A stretch of DNA of 62,337 bases, counting the filler, from a bacterium (GTDB lineage: Bacteria; UBA9089; CG2-30-40-21; SBAY01): assembly GCA_040757115.1 (NCBI GenBank). It is 9 parts of 9 records of this genome, joined end to end, with 100 filler letters (N's around TTAATTAATTAA, not from the genome) between each part and the next. Parts side by side here need not be neighbours in the genome. Positions count along the whole stretch, not along the records: positions 1 to 6,964 come from JBFLYA010000195.1; positions 7,065 to 13,990 come from JBFLYA010000196.1; 7 more parts are not named here. One strand, written 5' to 3'. The notes under the pieces are model-generated. The model worked only from the letters and a program-made list of their open reading frames with translations, had not been told where the DNA came from and made no database searches. A program made the translations under genes and the position numbers. Of the stretch, positions 1 to 10,302 are shown in pieces (position 1 is the stretch's first letter; each line of letters starts with the position of its first letter).

Positions 1-1
1 A

Positions 2-190
2 ATTGGGAAACACAGATTGGATATTCTTGTAGAAAGCAAGGTAATAGTAGAACTAAAAACGGTGGAGGAATTAAGCAAAGCTCATTATGCTCAGGTTCGC
101 TCATATTTAAAAGCTACAGGTGTAAAGATGGCTATTCTTGTAAACTTTGCTAAAGAAAAGGCAGATTTTAGAAGAGTGGAATTAGAATAA
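2..190 (+). CDS. GxxExxY family (PD-(D/E)XK-like) protein, C-terminal part
   Basis: Manual translation IGKHRLDILVESKVIVELKTVEELSKAHYAQVRSYLKATGVKMAILVNFAKEKADFRRVELE*, with D-x-LVE...VELK, AQ..SYLK and LVNF motifs. Truncated by the window start. Confidence 0.85.
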   Translation: MGKHRLDILVESKVIVELKTVEELSKAHYAQVRSYLKATGVKMAILVNFAKEKADFRRVELE

Positions 191-318
191 TATCCCCTTA
201 TCTCCTTAATCTCCCTATCTCCTTTTCTTACACCAGGCAGTGGAGTATAATTTTGTTTTCCCATGTCGACCTATTTCACAGGTCGAAACTAAGGTAAAAA
301 TAAATAATAATATCTTTT

Positions 319-1982
319 GGGTGTGGCTATTTTTAAACGACAGGGAAATTGCTGTGATTACTAACCCCCTACAAAATAAAGTATTAAAGAAAAAGTCTCT
401 TTTTGACGAGATATAGAGTAGGAACACTAATATCTCTATGAAAAGGGAGGGGGTTAAAATGAATCCAGCAGTTGCTATTTTGCAGAAAGAATCGGCTGAA
501 TCCGTTGGGAAAATATTTGTCTTTCAGGCAAGGAAAGAATTCAGAAACCTGGAGAAATGGATGTTTGAAGAAGAAACATTAAACATGCCTTTACATGAAG
601 TAGAACAGGGTCAAATCCAAAAGATGTATGAGGTAATGCGTCTTCTGCTACAGGCACATATTGACGCCAGAGGCGATGGAGATGTAGGGAGAGCGGTAGA
701 GGTAGTAACAAGAGAAGGTGAAAGGATAGAATCTTATACCCATAAACGACTTCATACCCATCATCATCAGACAGTGTTTGGAGAAGTGTGTATTAAGCGA
801 ATGGGTTATGGTGGTCGAGGCAAGGAAAGTATCCACCCAAAGGATGAATTTCTCCAACTACCTCAAAAATCTTTTTCTTATGAACTCCAAAGGCAATTAG
901 TTAAGGCAAGTGTCCAGGGTCCTTTTGATGAGGCAAAAGAAAGGATAGAGGAGAGTACAAGTGCAAGAATTTCAAAAAGGAGCGTAGGAGATATACTAAA
1001 AGAGGCATCTGCTGATTTTGATAATTTCTATAAACAGCGGATTCCACCTTCTGATGCAAAGACAGGGTCAATATTAGTAGGGGCTATAGATTGCAAAGGT
1101 ATCCCAATGGTCAAAGAGGGGAAAGCTGAAGTAAAGGTAAGACAAAAGAAGGGAGAGAAAGCTAACAAAAAGAAGATGGCAACAGTAGCTGCTGTTTTCA
1201 CTCAAAGACCTTACTATAGAACACCTGAGGAGGTAGTAAAAAGCCTTTTTGAGCCTAAACTTAGGATAGTAGGGAAAGAAGAAGAGAGACACAAACCGGA
1301 ATATAAACGTGTTTTGGGCAAGTCTTAATAAAGGTAAAGAGGAGGTAATATCGGAGGTTGCAGAAGAGATAGAGAGGCGTGATCCGTCCAAAGAAAAGAT
1401 CAGAGCAGTAGTAACAGATGGGGAGAAGGCATTGCAGAAAGGAGTCCAAGCTCAAATTCCTCATGTCTGCTTGATTTTAGACTTATTTCATGTTTTAGAA
1501 AGGCTATGGCAGGTTTGCTATGTATTTCATGAGGAAGGGAACAAAGAAGGGGCGGAATGGGTAAAGAAACAGATTTTTCGTATCTTAGAGGGGAAGGTTA
1601 GTCAAGTGATAAAAGGTATCCGTCAGAGTGCTACTAAGAGAAGGATTCATGGGAACAACCGGAAGACAGTTGATGATGCTACCAGATATTTCTATCGTAA
1701 CCGTTCCTATATGAGATATAATGAGTATCTCACGCAAGGATTACCAATTGCAAGTGGTTCTGTGGAGGGAGCATGTAGAAATCTTGTCAAGGATAGAATG
1801 GAACGATGTGGTATGAGATGGACAAGAGATATGGCTGAGGCTATGCTAAAAATGAGGGCGATATACCTAAGTGGAGACTTTGGAGATTATTGGTCTTTTC
1901 ATATCCAAAGGGAGCAAGAAAGGTTACATCCAAAAGGGAAGTGGAAACCTGTTCTTGGCGTCGTCCAAAAGTAGCCACACCC
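319..1982 (+). mobile_element. ISKra4-family insertion sequence
   Basis: TIRs GGGTGTGGCTA(T/C)TTTT at 319 and ending at 1982; 9-bp direct repeat ATATCTTTT at 310-318 and 1983-1991. Confidence 0.9.
438..1974 (+). pseudogene. ISKra4-family transposase, frameshifted near 1310
   Basis: ORFs 438..1328 and 1309..1974 join as KRVWASL if one T is removed from GTGTTTTGGG. Motifs IDCKG, VTDGE, LDLFHVLERLW, PIASGSVEGACRNLVKDRM. Confidence 0.85.
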
Positions 1983-2045
1983 ATATCTTTTTCATCATTG
2001 TCTTAAATTTTGCTTTCGTGGTTTAATCCTAATTATTTCTTCAGA

Positions 2046-3344
2046 TTATTTCCTTGATGGTTGAAATATCCAATATAACCTATAAATACCAATACTTGCA
2101 AATATGAGTAAATATGGGTCAAGTGGCGTTCGGAATCTTGTACTACCATAGAATAATATGGTATTTAAGGTGAATTGTAATATTAATAAATAAATAATAG
2201 CGAATTTTTTAAATTCTTTAAAAGAGAAAAATAATCCTATCACCATAAAAGGAAGTAAAATGGCATAACTTAATAAATTTATTAACTTATATTTTTGGGC
2301 AATGGGAGCAGCTGATTGGGTTTCCCATTCCCAGAATCTAATGAGTTTCTTTCCGCATAACTTAATAAATTCTTGGGGATGATTTTTTATCCAATTTATT
2401 GCTAACCGATAATGTTTTTTCTCATTTTCTACTTCGGATAAATCTTTCCACCACCATAGGGGAGCGCCAAAATCAGTTGAGATATATGGAGATGGGGGAC
2501 GAGTAGCCATGTTAGGAGGTTTCTCACCCATTTGTCTCCATTCTGCCTCGTTTGGCATATACCATATCCCATTTTTTTCAAATGGATTATTACATACAAA
2601 AAAACTAGGCCCTCCCAAAGTAGCAATAGGAACAAATCGATGATGGACTATGTAATTTCTTATTGTCCACGGAGATAGTGTTAATAAAATGAAGAGAGTT
2701 ATAATTGAAAAATTCATTATCGCTACTTTCTTTTGCTTAAATATTAAAATACACCAAATGAAAATAAATGGTAAAAAAGGAAGTAATATTGGCCTTGTAA
2801 GTATTGATAGACCAATTAAAATACCACATATAATTTGATTTTTCAGAGATGGTTTTTTATAGACTTTGATCGCATAAAACATACTTATAGTCAGTAAAAA
2901 GATAAAAATACCTTCTGTATATATTTGCCCACAAAAGTATATAGCACTTGGATAGAAGACTAAAAGCAATGATGACAACATCCCTATATTTTTATTAAAT
3001 AATTCTTTCCCCATAAAATAAGTTATAAGACAGGTTAATGCCCCAATTAATGACTGGATGATTCTTACTACGGCATAACTATGCCCAAAACAAAAATAAA
3101 TCCCGGCTAAAAAGAATTGGTATAAAGGTGGTCTATAAGAGGTCGGTACCCCTGGATAAAGAGAATAGCCATAGCCATTAATTATATTCATACCAATCAT
3201 ATCATAGTCTACACCATCCCCTGTTGGAGGTGCCTGGAGGGTAGATATAAAAATTACATATAATAATCTGATTATAAAAGCCACAGTTAAAAGAATAATA
3301 AGAAAGATTTGTTCATTTTTAAATATATTTTTTATTGTTTTCAT
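2046..3344 (-). CDS. ArnT/PMT-like (GT-C fold) membrane glycosyltransferase
   Basis: Many TM segments; GDGVDY, YRPPLY, LTRP, PWTIRNY and RFRTP motifs. Confidence 0.8.
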   Translation of the reverse strand: MKTIKNIFKNEQIFLIILLTVAFIIRLLYVIFISTLQAPPTGDGVDYDMIGMNIINGYGYSLYPGVPTSYRPPLYQFFLAGIYFCFGHSYAVVRIIQSLIGALTCLITYFMGKELFNKNIGMLSSLLLVFYPSAIYFCGQIYTEGIFIFLLTISMFYAIKVYKKPSLKNQIICGILIGLSILTRPILLPFLPFIFIWCILIFKQKKVAIMNFSIITLFILLTLSPWTIRNYIVHHRFVPIATLGGPSFFVCNNPFEKNGIWYMPNEAEWRQMGEKPPNMATRPPSPYISTDFGAPLWWWKDLSEVENEKKHYRLAINWIKNHPQEFIKLCGKKLIRFWEWETQSAAPIAQKYKLINLLSYAILLPFMVIGLFFSFKEFKKFAIIYLLILQFTLNTILFYGSTRFRTPLDPYLLIFASIGIYRLYWIFQPSRK

Positions 3345-3495
3345 TTATTTCATCCTCCGTTATAAATTGTCGATCCATATGATTCTCCTAAAAATGCCTC
3401 ACGCAAAGGACGCAAAGAATATTTAACCACGAATGAACACGAATGAAACGAATACCACGAATGAAAAAAATAGACAATGAAGACACTGAAACAAA

Positions 3496-4176
3496 TTATT
3501 CCATAAAGCGATATTTGAATAAAGTCCATAAGGCTACAATGCCATCTCGCCAGGTAATCTTTTTTCCCTCTTCATAGGTTCTTCCTGTATAAGTTATTGG
3601 TACTTGTTGAATTTTAAATTTGCGTTTTAGAAGTTTAGCCGTAATCTCTGGTTCAAAATTAAACCTATTTGACTTGATATTGATACTTTTTATAACTTCA
3701 GTTTTAAATACCTTATAACCCGTCTCCATATCACTAATGAGCGTATTATACAGGATATTAGTAACTAAGGTTAAAAGTTTATTACCCATATAGTGCCAAA
3801 AAAACATAGCACTTTGAACACCCAAAAATCGAGAACCATAAACTACATCACATCTGTCTTCGACTATTGGTTGAATTAATTTAGGATAATCCCTTGGGTC
3901 ATATTCTCTATCTGCATCTTGAATAATAACTATATCTCCCCTGACTGCGGTTATACCTGTTCTTATCGCTGCTCCTTTACCCAAATTTTTAGAATGATAA
4001 AGCTTAATGATATTATCTCCATTGATTTCTTCTTCAATAATCTTGGGAGTATTATCAGTAGAACCGTCATCAACGATAATGATTTCTTTATTAATATCAA
4101 CAGCCAAAATTTCTTTAACAATCTGTTTTATTGAATTTTCTTCATTGTAAGCAGGTATAATAATTGAAATCTTCAT
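3496..4176 (-). CDS. GT2 glycosyltransferase (polyprenol-phosphate hexose synthase-like)
   Basis: SIIIPAYNEE, VDDGSTD, GKGAA, QDADREYDP, YGSRF and DMETGYK motifs. Start moved to MKISIII after a CAGGAG RBS. Confidence 0.9.
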   Translation of the reverse strand: MKISIIIPAYNEENSIKQIVKEILAVDINKEIIIVDDGSTDNTPKIIEEEINGDNIIKLYHSKNLGKGAAIRTGITAVRGDIVIIQDADREYDPRDYPKLIQPIVEDRCDVVYGSRFLGVQSAMFFWHYMGNKLLTLVTNILYNTLISDMETGYKVFKTEVIKSINIKSNRFNFEPEITAKLLKRKFKIQQVPITYTGRTYEEGKKITWRDGIVALWTLFKYRFME

Positions 4177-4281
4177 TTTATTCTCCTGAAAATAAGGAAG
4201 TAGAAAGTAGAGAGTAGAAAGTAAAGAAAACATCACTCCTTACGCCTATCTGCTTACCTCCCACCTTACTATCTCCTACCA

Positions 4282-4341
4282 CTATTTTCATCCTCCTTTG
4301 TGTCCATCCCTGTGGACATGAGCGTTTCTCCTGAAAAATAG
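4282..4341. repeat. ~60-bp REP/MITE-like palindromic element (related copies near 41597-41637 and 50470-50520)
   Basis: Ends CTATTTTCA/TGAAAAATAG, internal hairpin TGTCCA..TGGACA, recurring across contigs. Confidence 0.6.
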
Positions 4342-4345
4342 TTAA

Positions 4346-5776
4346 TTAGTTAACGGGATGCTTTGGTTTCATAAACGATACTACCGCACCAAATCCTTCT
4401 AAGAGAATTTTTAAATCGTCAAATGACCGTATGCAAACTAATTTTTTTAAGATATATTTTGGTCTAAAATAAAAACTTCTATACATAAGTTTATATAGGT
4501 ATTTTATTTCATCAACAGAGAGATTTTCCAACTTCATAATTGGGTGACCGAAATTATAATCATCCCAATCATAAGTTAAGATTAAATTCTTGTTTTTAGC
4601 CCATTCAAACATAGATGTTCCTGGAAAAGGGGTGGTTATATTTACAATTAGATAGTCTGGCTCTATTTTGTTTATAAAAGTAATGTTTTTCCTTATAATT
4701 TCTTCGTTATCACCTGGATTTCCAACCATAAATGCCAGTCGACACTCTATCTTTGCCTTTTTGGTCCACTTAACAGCATTAATTACCTGGTTGGGATTTA
4801 TCTTTTTATTTACATTTTTCAATACATTCTCATCAATACTTTCAACGCCATACATTATCTGGTGACAACCTGCTTTCTTCATCTTTTTCAACATCTCAAA
4901 ATCAATGCAATCGACCCTAGCAAAGCATGTCCATGAAATAACTTTCTTGTTTTTTATCAACAAATCGCACAAGTTAATAATGTTCTTTTTAAAGACTGTA
5001 AAAGTATCATCGTAAAAAAGAATTTGCTTGATACCATAATTATTAATAAGGTAGCGTATCTCGTTGAATATAGTCACAGCAGACTTAGAGATCAGTTTTG
5101 AGCCAAGGGTTTTATTACAAAAGGTGCATCTTCCAGGACAGCCTCTTGATGTCATCATACTCATAGCAGGCAACCTTTTATAGGAACCTTTTGCAGGTCT
5201 ATATTTGAGGATAGGGAGCAGATCATAGGCAGGCATAGCCATTGAATCCAAATTAACTATCCTTTCCCTTTCAGGAGTTTTTATTACCTTGTTATCTCGT
5301 TTAAAAACAATACCCTTTATCTCCTCCAAATTCATATTTGAAAGTATCTCTTCAAGAGTTATCTCACCCTCGCCAATCACCACTATATCTACAAAATCTT
5401 TGCTTATAACCTCTTCTGTTACAAAACTAGCATGAACTCCTCCAAAAATAATCTTTGCCTCGGGATAATGCTTTTTGCATATTTCTGCAATCTTATAAGC
5501 CTTTTTTATGGTGCATGTCATTGCCGTTAATCCAATTATCCTGATAGATCTTATCTTATCCTTTATATTTTCTTGAAAGTATGAATTAAATGATTCTACT
5601 GAAGGTGAAACAACATTACAGTCTATTATCCTCACAGAATATCCTTTGCTTCTTATATGTCCGGCAATGGATGCTAATCCCAGTGGCGGAAAATTTGAGT
5701 TAATCTCTTTCCAAATATTGTCTCTATTCTCATAGAAAATAGAAGGTGAGATTAATAAACAATCCAATTTTTCCAT
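4346..5776 (-). CDS. B12-binding domain radical SAM protein
   Basis: PPLGLASIA and GGVHAS cobalamin-binding motifs; SRGCPGRCTFC CxxxCxxC; GVES. Confidence 0.9.
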   Translation of the reverse strand: MEKLDCLLISPSIFYENRDNIWKEINSNFPPLGLASIAGHIRSKGYSVRIIDCNVVSPSVESFNSYFQENIKDKIRSIRIIGLTAMTCTIKKAYKIAEICKKHYPEAKIIFGGVHASFVTEEVISKDFVDIVVIGEGEITLEEILSNMNLEEIKGIVFKRDNKVIKTPERERIVNLDSMAMPAYDLLPILKYRPAKGSYKRLPAMSMMTSRGCPGRCTFCNKTLGSKLISKSAVTIFNEIRYLINNYGIKQILFYDDTFTVFKKNIINLCDLLIKNKKVISWTCFARVDCIDFEMLKKMKKAGCHQIMYGVESIDENVLKNVNKKINPNQVINAVKWTKKAKIECRLAFMVGNPGDNEEIIRKNITFINKIEPDYLIVNITTPFPGTSMFEWAKNKNLILTYDWDDYNFGHPIMKLENLSVDEIKYLYKLMYRSFYFRPKYILKKLVCIRSFDDLKILLEGFGAVVSFMKPKHPVN

Positions 5777-5784
5777 TTTACACC

Positions 5785-6263
5785 TTATTCCCTAATCTTA
5801 TACAAATAACAAACTCCATTGGTATATAAAAGATTAAAATACTTATTCAATATTTCCTCATTCCAGAGAATAGTAGGATATCTATGCAGAGTAAAGTACT
5901 CATTCCTATTGATAAATATATAATGGATGTTATTCCTTTTTAGACTATTCAATATTTCATCTATATCTGATGAGGTATGGATAATTGTTCCTTCTACACT
6001 TACAGAGGAGTGGACAAATTGGACTTTAAAATAATAGCTTCTGGTTTCATTGATCGAAAGCATCTTATCTGAAATAGAGAGATGGGTATTGATATAATCA
6101 GCCATACTATAGAAATCTAAGTTTTTCCTCAGATAAGCATCCTGTGATTCAAGACCAAAGATAACAGGCAAAGCACGATGTGCCAATCCTTTAGTAATTA
6201 AAAAGGCATTGGCATAAGCCCACCATCCACAAATTAATCCTATCAAAATAATAACGCATATTT
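5785..6263 (-). pseudogene. C-terminal fragment of a membrane protein (glycosyltransferase-like), cut at a MITE end
   Basis: The frame runs up to the MITE TIR at 6264. A candidate N-terminus MKRYDFFKV (6764-6737) is cut by another MITE end. Confidence 0.55.
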
Positions 6264-6501
6264 GTAACCGTTCAGGTTATACATTAGAAGTGTAAGAAGG
6301 GAGATAACGGGATCGGGGAGAGGTGGAGATTATAAATTTCCTGGATAATTGGGCAAAATGGTTATGCAAAAAGACTAACTTTCATAACCCCTAAACCAAA
6401 CCAGTCTCCTAACTCTAATCCTTTCACCAAAAACTCCTAAATATATCCCCTTCTCTCCTTTATCTCCATATCTCCTTTTCTTACACTACCTGAACGCTTA
6501 C
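6264..6501 (-). mobile_element. GTAA-ended MITE variant, no TSD
   Basis: GTAACCGTTCAGG ... CCTGAACGCTTAC. Confidence 0.75.
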
Positions 6502-6760
6502 GAAAATACATTCGTAATTCGTTTATTTCTGCTTCCTGACGAACTACTAATTACGAATTACGAACTACGATTTCCCCCTGAAAATAGATGTAAGAATAGA
6601 ACACGGATAACACGGATTTAACAGATTTTCGGTGATTTTTCTCTTTCATTTTTCTGTCTTCTGTCCTCTGCCTTCTATCTTCTGACCTCTGTATTTATCC
6701 GTGCTAATCCGTGTTAATCAGTGGCTGAATAGTTACCTACCTTGAAGAAATCATATCTTT

Positions 6761-6842
6761 TCATTGTTTCCCTTTGATATACTTTTCATACCATAACTCA
6801 AACACCAAGAGAGTCCAGAGTAATTTTCGGTTATCTTTTTTA
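6761..6842 (-). pseudogene. Asparagine synthase-like C-terminal remnant
   Basis: KKDNRKLLWTLLVFELWYEKYIKGKQ* resembles AsnB C-termini; cut by the MITE at 6843. Confidence 0.6.
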
Positions 6843-6964
6843 GTAAGCGTTCAGGTGGTGTAACAAAAGGAGATGTGGAGATTAAGGAGATAGGGAGATA
6901 TTATTAAAAAAATTGAAATTAATAGAAACTAATAGAAATTTATGGAAATTTGTTGTTTTCCACA
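6843..6964 (+). mobile_element. GTAA-MITE subtype A1, partial at contig end
   Basis: Matches the start of the full copy at 49994-50230. Confidence 0.85.
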
Positions 6965-7064
6965 NNNNNNNNNNNNNNNNNNNNNNNNNNNNNNNNNNNN
7001 NNNNNNNNTTAATTAATTAANNNNNNNNNNNNNNNNNNNNNNNNNNNNNNNNNNNNNNNNNNNN
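6965..7064. other. Artificial contig linker (also 13991-14090, 20972-21071, 27920-28019, 34851-34950, 41754-41853, 48649-48748, 55509-55608)
   Basis: 100-nt N runs with central TTAATTAATTAA. Internal contig lengths fall monotonically from 6926 to 6760. Confidence 0.98.
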
Positions 7065-7253
7065 TGATAAGAACATACGAAATAACCAAAAACTTCCCCA
7101 CTGAAGAAAAATATGGATTGGTGCAACAGATGTGCACAGCGGCTGTTTCTATTTCAGCAAATATTGCAGATCAATTAAGAGTAAAATAGTAAGAAGTATT
7201 TTCCCCCTTTCCTACTTCCTGCTTGCTTGGTATTTGGTATGCTGAATAGTTAC
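7065..7253 (+). pseudogene. Four-helix-bundle protein remnant inside an element ending TGAATAGTTAC
   Basis: IRTYEITKNFPTEEKYGLVQQMCTAAVSISANIA shows the FP.EE.YGL..Q...AAVSI.ANIA signature. Confidence 0.75.
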
Positions 7254-7330
7254 GATTTGCTCAAGTGATGACAGAATTTACTGAGACGATAAGAAAATTA
7301 GGACCAAGCCCATATTCAACAAGGAATTAA
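7253..7330 (+). pseudogene. mvhD: MvhD C-terminal fragment
   Basis: RFAQVMTEFTETIRKLGPSP..* is a typical MvhD C-terminus and lies directly upstream of mvhG. Confidence 0.75.
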
Positions 7331-7346
7331 AAGGAGATAAGAAATT

Positions 7347-8273
7347 ATGGCAGTGAAGGTTGCAGAGGAGTGGTTAAACATTTGCGGAGGGTGTGAGGTA
7401 ACTATTCTGGACATTGGAGAACCATTATTAGATTTGTTACCTCAACTTGAGTTTGTCCATATGCCGGTGATTATGGACCATAAATACTACGGACAGACCG
7501 GCGAAAAGGAGGAAATGGAGATACCAGAGGCTACCGTTGGTATTATCTCCGGTGGGATACGCAATGAGAAGGAAAAGCATGTAGCAGAGGAGATGTGCAA
7601 GAAATGTTCGGTAGTAATAGCTCTTGGCTCTTGTGCTTGCTATGGTGGTATCCCTGCCTTAGCTAATCAGTATAATTTAGAGAAGGTTTACGATAAAGTC
7701 TATCGTGATTCAAAAACTACCGATTCTGGAGAAACGCCTTCACTTGAGCTTCCTCCCTTAACTGATCGGGTTTATGCCCTGGATGAGATGATTAAGGTTG
7801 ATGTCTATATCCCTGGATGTCCGACAGCCCCGGAGATAGTAGTTGAGGCATTAACTTCTCTGCTTTCGGGCAAGCCATTTACCTTACCCGAGCGGAGTGT
7901 GTGCGATGACTGCCCAACTAAACGGGAAAAGAAGGCAGTAACCTCTATAAAGAGGCCGCTTGAGCCGATTATTCCGCCGGGGCAAAAATTAGAAGAATCC
8001 CGCTGTTTTATGGAGCTTGGATTTTTATGTCTTGGACCGGTGACTAAATCTGGTTGTGGTGGCTCTGCAAAAATACCTCGATGTATTAAAGCAGGAATGC
8101 CCTGTCGAGCCTGCTTTGGTCCAATCAGAAAAGGTGCTAATCCAATGGTAGATATGATGGGTGCACTCTCTACTACTGGATTAGACCTAAAGTCAATCCT
8201 TGACAGATCAGCTACCTTTCAGAGATATATTGGTGCTCATGGCAGATTAAGACCACTGCCGAAGAGGGCATGA
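7347..8273 (+). CDS. mvhG: [NiFe]-hydrogenase small subunit, Mvh type
   Basis: CGGCE, GSCACYGGIP, IPGCP, VCDDC, CLGPVT..GC and PCRACFGP motifs. Confidence 0.9.
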   Translation: MAVKVAEEWLNICGGCEVTILDIGEPLLDLLPQLEFVHMPVIMDHKYYGQTGEKEEMEIPEATVGIISGGIRNEKEKHVAEEMCKKCSVVIALGSCACYGGIPALANQYNLEKVYDKVYRDSKTTDSGETPSLELPPLTDRVYALDEMIKVDVYIPGCPTAPEIVVEALTSLLSGKPFTLPERSVCDDCPTKREKKAVTSIKRPLEPIIPPGQKLEESRCFMELGFLCLGPVTKSGCGGSAKIPRCIKAGMPCRACFGPIRKGANPMVDMMGALSTTGLDLKSILDRSATFQRYIGAHGRLRPLPKRA

Positions 8274-8328
8274 CATAGGAGAATAAGATATATACGACAT
8301 ATATGACTTATAAGAAAAAGGAGATTTG

Positions 8329-9771
8329 ATGGGTAAAAAGATCATCATACAACCAGTAACCCGAATTGAGGGGCATGCTAAAGTGACCATTCAATTGGAT
8401 GACACGGGGAATGTACAGGAGACAATGGTTAATGTTGTTGAACTGCGTGGCTTTGAGAAATTCTGCCAGGGCAGGCCAGTGGAGGAACTGCCCAGGATTG
8501 TAACCAGTATCTGTGGTGTTTGTCCCTGGTCGCATCATTTAGCCAGTGCTAAAGCAAATGATGCCGTTTTTGGGGTGGAGATTCCTTCTGCGGCTAAAAA
8601 ACTCAGGGAATTGGCGAATGCTATTGCCTTTACCGAAGAGCATATCCTTCATTTCTATTTTTTAGCCGGGGCAGATTTTGTTATTGGACCAGATGCGGAT
8701 TATTCAATTAGAAATGTCATCGGTATTGCTCAAAAACTCCCTGATGTGGCTAAACAGGTGGTTAGATGCAGGCATCTGGGTGCTCAGATGCTGGAAATCT
8801 TAAGTGGTAAATCCATTCATCCAGTAGCGGCTGTGCCTGGCGGATTCAGTAAAGCTTTAACTACACAAGAAAGGGATGAGATGAAGACGAAGGCTATGGA
8901 AATATTAGAGCTGGCGAAGTTCTCGATTGACTTTGCGAAGAAGAATATCTTCCCACCATTCCTTGAGGCAGTCCAGACTTTGGGGGTGATAAAGACAGGC
9001 TTTCTGGGCACGGTTAGAGAGGACGGCCGCCTTGACCTTTATGACGGCAGATTAAGGATGATGCAAGCAGATGGGAGTTATGAAGACTTTAGCTATGACC
9101 AATACACTGATTATATTGCAGAACATATTGAGCCGTGGACATATTTGAAGTTTCCCTATATGAGAAAAGCAGGAGGCTTTTCAATGGATTTAGCCAACCC
9201 TGTGGGGATATACCGCACCAATACTCTGGCAAGAATCAATGTTTGCGATAAGATTGGGACACCGCTTGCTCAAAGTGAGCTTGAGGAATTTAGGGCTAAT
9301 TTTCGCAGGCCAGCTCAGTTGACCCTACTTTATCATTGGGCACGCTTGATTGAATTGCTCTACAATGCCGAGCATATTGTTGATCTTCTATCTGACCCGG
9401 AGATTACCAGCACAGATATCCGCAAGTCAGTTACACCCAGAGCAAGCCGTGGAGTAGGCTGTGTAGAGGCACCCAGAGGGACATTAATCCATGACTATGA
9501 GACGGATGAAAATGGTCTGGTTACCAATGTTAATTTAATTGTAGGCACGACCCATAACAATGCACCCATAAATATGTCGGTCAAGAGAGCGGCAATGGAT
9601 AACATTAAGGATGGCAAATACGACCAGGGGATACTTAATCGGGTTGAGATGGCAATTCGTGCTTATGACCCCTGTCTTTCCTGTGCTACCCACGACTTAG
9701 ATGGCAGATTGCCGGTGAGAATAGACTTTATTAATCCAGCAGGGGAGATAATAGATAGTTTAAGGAATTAA
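8329..9771 (+). CDS. mvhA: [NiFe]-hydrogenase large subunit, Mvh type (group 3c-like)
   Basis: PVTRIEGH, RGFEKF, L1 SICGVC, EAPRGTLIH, L2 DPCLSCATH followed by a cleavable C-terminal extension. Confidence 0.92.
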   Translation: MGKKIIIQPVTRIEGHAKVTIQLDDTGNVQETMVNVVELRGFEKFCQGRPVEELPRIVTSICGVCPWSHHLASAKANDAVFGVEIPSAAKKLRELANAIAFTEEHILHFYFLAGADFVIGPDADYSIRNVIGIAQKLPDVAKQVVRCRHLGAQMLEILSGKSIHPVAAVPGGFSKALTTQERDEMKTKAMEILELAKFSIDFAKKNIFPPFLEAVQTLGVIKTGFLGTVREDGRLDLYDGRLRMMQADGSYEDFSYDQYTDYIAEHIEPWTYLKFPYMRKAGGFSMDLANPVGIYRTNTLARINVCDKIGTPLAQSELEEFRANFRRPAQLTLLYHWARLIELLYNAEHIVDLLSDPEITSTDIRKSVTPRASRGVGCVEAPRGTLIHDYETDENGLVTNVNLIVGTTHNNAPINMSVKRAAMDNIKDGKYDQGILNRVEMAIRAYDPCLSCATHDLDGRLPVRIDFINPAGEIIDSLRN

Positions 9772-9779
9772 AAAAGGTT

Positions 9780-10280
9780 ATGCTTGATTATTACGAAAAG
9801 CGTGTGCTTATTTTAGGTTGTGGAAATATTCTATTTGGGGATGATGGATTTGGGCCAGCTGTGATAGAGTATCTTCAGAAACACTATGACCTGCCTCAAG
9901 ATGTAGCAGTAATAGATGTAGGCAGTGGTGTGCGAGGGGTACTGTTTAATCTATTACTCTCTGAAATAAAGCCGCAAAAGATTATTATCGTTGATGCTAT
10001 AGACACAGGTAGAAAGCCAGGTGAGGTTTTTGAGGTAGCAATTGAGGATTTACCGAAAAATAAGGTTGATGACTTCTCGATGCATCAACTTCCAACCTCA
10101 AATCTACTCAGAGAACTTAAGGTGTTAGGTCAGGTAGAGGTAAAACTCATTGCCGCCCAGGTAGAAAACATACCAGAAATGGTTCAGCCAGGGCTCTCTA
10201 AGAGATTATCTGAGGCGATACCTATAGCGTGTGAGATAATAATGTCTGACTTGTCCGACAGGTCTGACAAGTCCGACTGA
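9780..10280 (+). CDS. Hydrogenase maturation endopeptidase
   Basis: LGCGNILFGDDGFG, IIVDA and SMH motifs. Confidence 0.9.
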   Translation: MLDYYEKRVLILGCGNILFGDDGFGPAVIEYLQKHYDLPQDVAVIDVGSGVRGVLFNLLLSEIKPQKIIIVDAIDTGRKPGEVFEVAIEDLPKNKVDDFSMHQLPTSNLLRELKVLGQVEVKLIAAQVENIPEMVQPGLSKRLSEAIPIACEIIMSDLSDRSDKSD

Positions 10281-10302
10281 TCTGATAAAGGAGAAAGATT
10301 CT

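Noticed and set aside
1300-1330. Programmed frameshift in the ISKra4 transposase
   Set aside because: No clear slippery heptamer; a single extra T explains it (mutation or sequencing error).
6965-7064. Recurrent TTAATTAATTAA palindrome and ORFs ending XXXLIN
   Set aside because: Artificial linkers between size-sorted contigs; no adjacency across them was used.
8329-9771. Selenocysteine or split large subunit
   Set aside because: The L2 motif DPCLSC is encoded by ordinary Cys codons in one ORF.
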